This document shows positions 61,870 through 64,000 of a stretch of DNA of 64,000 bases, piece by piece. The position numbers and the translations under genes are program-made. The stretch lies in IMG/VR virus record IMGVR_UViG_3300028577_000006; one strand, written 5' to 3'. The DNA is from a virus (taxonomy: Duplodnaviria > Heunggongvirae > Uroviricota > Caudoviricetes). The notes beneath the pieces were generated by a model. The model was given only the letters and a program-made list of their open reading frames with translations. It was not told the origin of the DNA and did not search any database. Each line of letters opens with the position of its first letter. The stretch's first letter is position 1.

Positions 61870-62297
61870 CGGCTCTTCCTCCTGCTGCGACGGCGGCTGC
61901 GGTTCGGAACCGGTGCTTCCACGCCGAGGCGCGTGGCGATGACTGCCTTCTCCGCGGTGAACCCATGGTCGCGCACCAGCAGATAGAACTGGTGCGCGAC
62001 GTCGTCGCCGAAGTTGGCGACGGGTTCAGGATCCTTGGAGAAGATGGCGACCGTCTCCTCGTACGCCTTCTTCAGCGGCACACCCTCATCGAGCAGCGTG
62101 TGCATGCGAGCGATCGCGTCTTCGCCAGCGTGCTTCAGGTCAGACGCCTTCACGCCGTACTTCTCGGCGTAGCTACGCTTCCACATGGCGATCAGATTGC
62201 CCGCGCGCACGCCGGGCGTGCCGCCGTTGCGGCGCGAGGTCCGCTTGCGACTATTGCGCTTGGACTTCCTGCTGGTTCGACGCTTCGCCATCTTCAT
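61866..62297 (-). CDS. hypothetical protein with N- and C-terminal RTSRR tails; paralog of 61597..61869
   Basis: internal ATG 62297 (MKMAKRRTSRKSKRNSRKRTSRRN); shares AEKYGV / helical core with previous gene. Confidence 0.45.
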   Translation of the reverse strand: MKMAKRRTSRKSKRNSRKRTSRRNGGTPGVRAGNLIAMWKRSYAEKYGVKASDLKHAGEDAIARMHTLLDEGVPLKKAYEETVAIFSKDPEPVANFGDDVAHQFYLLVRDHGFTAEKAVIATRLGVEAPVPNRSRRRSRRKSR

Positions 62298-62301
62298 CTC
62301 C

Positions 62302-63063
62302 TCAGATCGACTGGCCCTCGTCACGGAGGGCATCGACGTACTCTTCCCATTCCTTGCCGCGCTTGCCGTTGGGGCGCGGATAGAAACCAACGACGCCGCT
62401 GCCGTGATCGGTAGCCGTGAGACCTTCCTTCGAAGCGAACTTCTCCAGATCGGCCATCGGCAGCGTGACGCCTGTCGAGCACTTCACGGTGACGAGCGGC
62501 GAGCACGGCTTGCAGTACTTCTTCGCCTCGTCGGCGTCCGTGTAGATCTTGATGTCCTTCATCGGCAGGCCACGGCGACTGACGAACTTCGTCAGCTGCT
62601 CGCCGAAGGCGCTGCGACTCGGACTCCACCCGCTCGACTCGGTCGAAGCCGGCAGCGCACGCGATGCACGGTCATCATCGCCGTCGTCATCTTCGCCGCC
62701 GTCGTTCTTCTTCGACTTGCTGCCGTTCTTGAAGAGTAGGTAGCCGCCGCCGAGCACGCCGATGCCGATGAGACCCCAGCCCCACACGGGCACGCCAGCG
62801 TACCGGTTGGTCAGCATGTTGCCCGCCGTCTCTGGCGTTGCGACTGCCGCCGGTGTCGCACCCGGGATCACGCCCTGCGCGAGCGACAGCGGGTAGAACT
62901 GCTGCGGCTGAGCCATCGCAGGCTCCGCGTCGGAGTAGTAGTCCTGCGGCATCCCATCGTGTCCTTCGACCTGCATGGGGTGTCCTTCGGCACGAAGCTG
63001 CTGCTCCTGTGCCGCCTGCCGCTCGAAGTACTGCTGTTCCATCTCGTCGAACTCGTCGTCCAT
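62302..63063 (-). CDS. acidic membrane-associated hypothetical protein
   Basis: 253-aa ORF with TM GWGLIGIGVLGGGYLLF and DDDGDDD stretch. Confidence 0.5.
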   Translation of the reverse strand: MDDEFDEMEQQYFERQAAQEQQLRAEGHPMQVEGHDGMPQDYYSDAEPAMAQPQQFYPLSLAQGVIPGATPAAVATPETAGNMLTNRYAGVPVWGWGLIGIGVLGGGYLLFKNGSKSKKNDGGEDDDGDDDRASRALPASTESSGWSPSRSAFGEQLTKFVSRRGLPMKDIKIYTDADEAKKYCKPCSPLVTVKCSTGVTLPMADLEKFASKEGLTATDHGSGVVGFYPRPNGKRGKEWEEYVDALRDEGQSI

Positions 63064-63105
63064 GTGCCCAGCTTTCTGTGAGGTGCCCAGAGAAACAGAA
63101 GATGA

Positions 63106-63576
63106 TCAGCGACGGCTACGGCGCGAGCGCCGCTTGCCATTGCGGCGTGCGCGCCGACGATTCGCGGTTGCCTTCGCTGGCGCCCGCTTGCTCGACATGA
63201 CGACGAACCCGACCGTGAGCAGAACGGCGCCACCGATGAGCGCGATCGGCACCCACGGGATGTCGCTGCTCGTCGAAGCGCCGTAGTCCACCGGCATCGT
63301 TGCCGTCGCGTACGGTGAATACGCCGACTGGCTCGGATCGACCTGCGGCGATGTGCCGCTCTTGTCGATCGGAGACGCGGTCGCGGTCTTGCCGCCGGAC
63401 GTTGCCAACTGCGAGATCAACGTGTCCGAAGCTGGCGAGACATCGGGCGTCGTCTGGCCGAGCGGCTCACCGTCGAACAAGTTCTTGCGGAAGATGCCGC
63501 GACTGCCCTCGGGGCCGCCGCTCAGGGCCTCTCCGTTGAACAGGTCATTGACGAACAATCCGTTGCTGTGACTCAT
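63106..63576 (-). CDS. hypothetical membrane protein with C-terminal RRRARR tail
   Basis: TM IALIGGAVLLTVGFVVM then ANRRRARRNGKRRSRRSRR. Confidence 0.45.
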   Translation of the reverse strand: MSHSNGLFVNDLFNGEALSGGPEGSRGIFRKNLFDGEPLGQTTPDVSPASDTLISQLATSGGKTATASPIDKSGTSPQVDPSQSAYSPYATATMPVDYGASTSSDIPWVPIALIGGAVLLTVGFVVMSSKRAPAKATANRRRARRNGKRRSRRSRR

Positions 63577-63586
63577 GACTTTTCCT

Positions 63587-63880
63587 TCACCGAGCCCTAC
63601 GGCTCGTCCTCTTGTTGCGACGACTCGTGCGCTTCGCTCGGCGTGAGCCGCGCTTGTTCTTCCTGACCTTCATCCACGAGCGATACTCACCAGGCGTCAC
63701 GTTGATGCGCGTGTACGTCCTGGCGATCGTCGGGAATCCGCCCTGTGCCAGTGCAGCCTTGCCGAGATACCCTTCATCGACGAACGTCGAAGAGTGGCCC
63801 GTGTCGTCAAAGATGATCCAGCCGCGGCGAGGGTTGCCGCTCGTGTCGTTCGTCGTCGAGATGTAGACGGCGAGCATCAA
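63587..63880 (-). CDS. hypothetical protein with C-terminal RTSRR tail
   Basis: RKNKRGSRRAKRTSRRNKRTSRRAR. Confidence 0.45.
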   Translation of the reverse strand: MMLAVYISTTNDTSGNPRRGWIIFDDTGHSSTFVDEGYLGKAALAQGGFPTIARTYTRINVTPGEYRSWMKVRKNKRGSRRAKRTSRRNKRTSRRAR

Positions 63881-64000
63881 CGGCTCCGACGGCTGTGACG
63901 GCGGCGCGAGTTGCGGCGCGTCTTCTTGCGATTCTTGCGAGCGCGACGTCGGTTCGGAGTCGAAGGCTCGCTCGACTCTTCCTCGTAGCTGCTGCTGCCG
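63877..64000 (-). CDS. 3' end of a further - strand gene (partial, runs off window)
   Basis: ATGA-type junction at 63877-63880; Arg-rich C-terminus. Confidence 0.25.
   Translation of the reverse strand, partial: GSSSYEEESSEPSTPNRRRARKNRKKTRRNSRRRHSRRSR

Overview
The window is a very GC-rich, gene-dense stretch (roughly two-thirds G+C by eye) that reads like part of a large tailed phage of a high-GC host. Genes sit in long co-directional blocks, and almost every junction is a 4-nt ATGA or GTGA stop/start overlap. From 156 to 8548 a + strand block encodes small regulatory or accessory proteins: an XRE-like HTH protein, three tandem DUF2829 paralogs, a MazG-like pyrophosphohydrolase, and RanBP2/zinc-ribbon proteins. 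From 8.8 to 31 kb (- strand) there is an RNA-repair and translation-surveillance island: Ro60/Rsr (TROVE plus vWA) with a candidate Y-RNA locus downstream, RtcB RNA ligase, an intein-containing (LAGLIDADG) Pol-beta-type nucleotidyltransferase, a truncated RF2/PrfH-like release-factor homolog carrying a prfB-type programmed +1 frameshift site, Sir2, a vWA protein, an S24 peptidase and a SLOG-like protein. About 42 tRNA genes (a 4.5-kb array at 21.2-25.7 kb plus scattered copies) are interspersed with four HNH endonucleases and several degenerate tRNA-like elements. From 31 to 40 kb come an SPFH lipoprotein, a 966-aa GHKL-ATPase/HExxH protein with a ParB-like nuclease and an FmdB zinc ribbon, a HicB/HicA pair, DUF192 and a J-domain protein. 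From 40.8 kb to the end there is a long - strand operon of structural-like genes. Nearly every product there carries an arginine-rich RTSRR-type tail, one is a 476-aa protamine-like Arg-repeat protein, and there is a recently duplicated pair of putative major structural proteins, one with an inserted ice-binding-like (DUF3494) beta-helix domain. tRNA coordinates are hand-derived and may be off by a few nt. All product calls come from motif recognition, not database searches.
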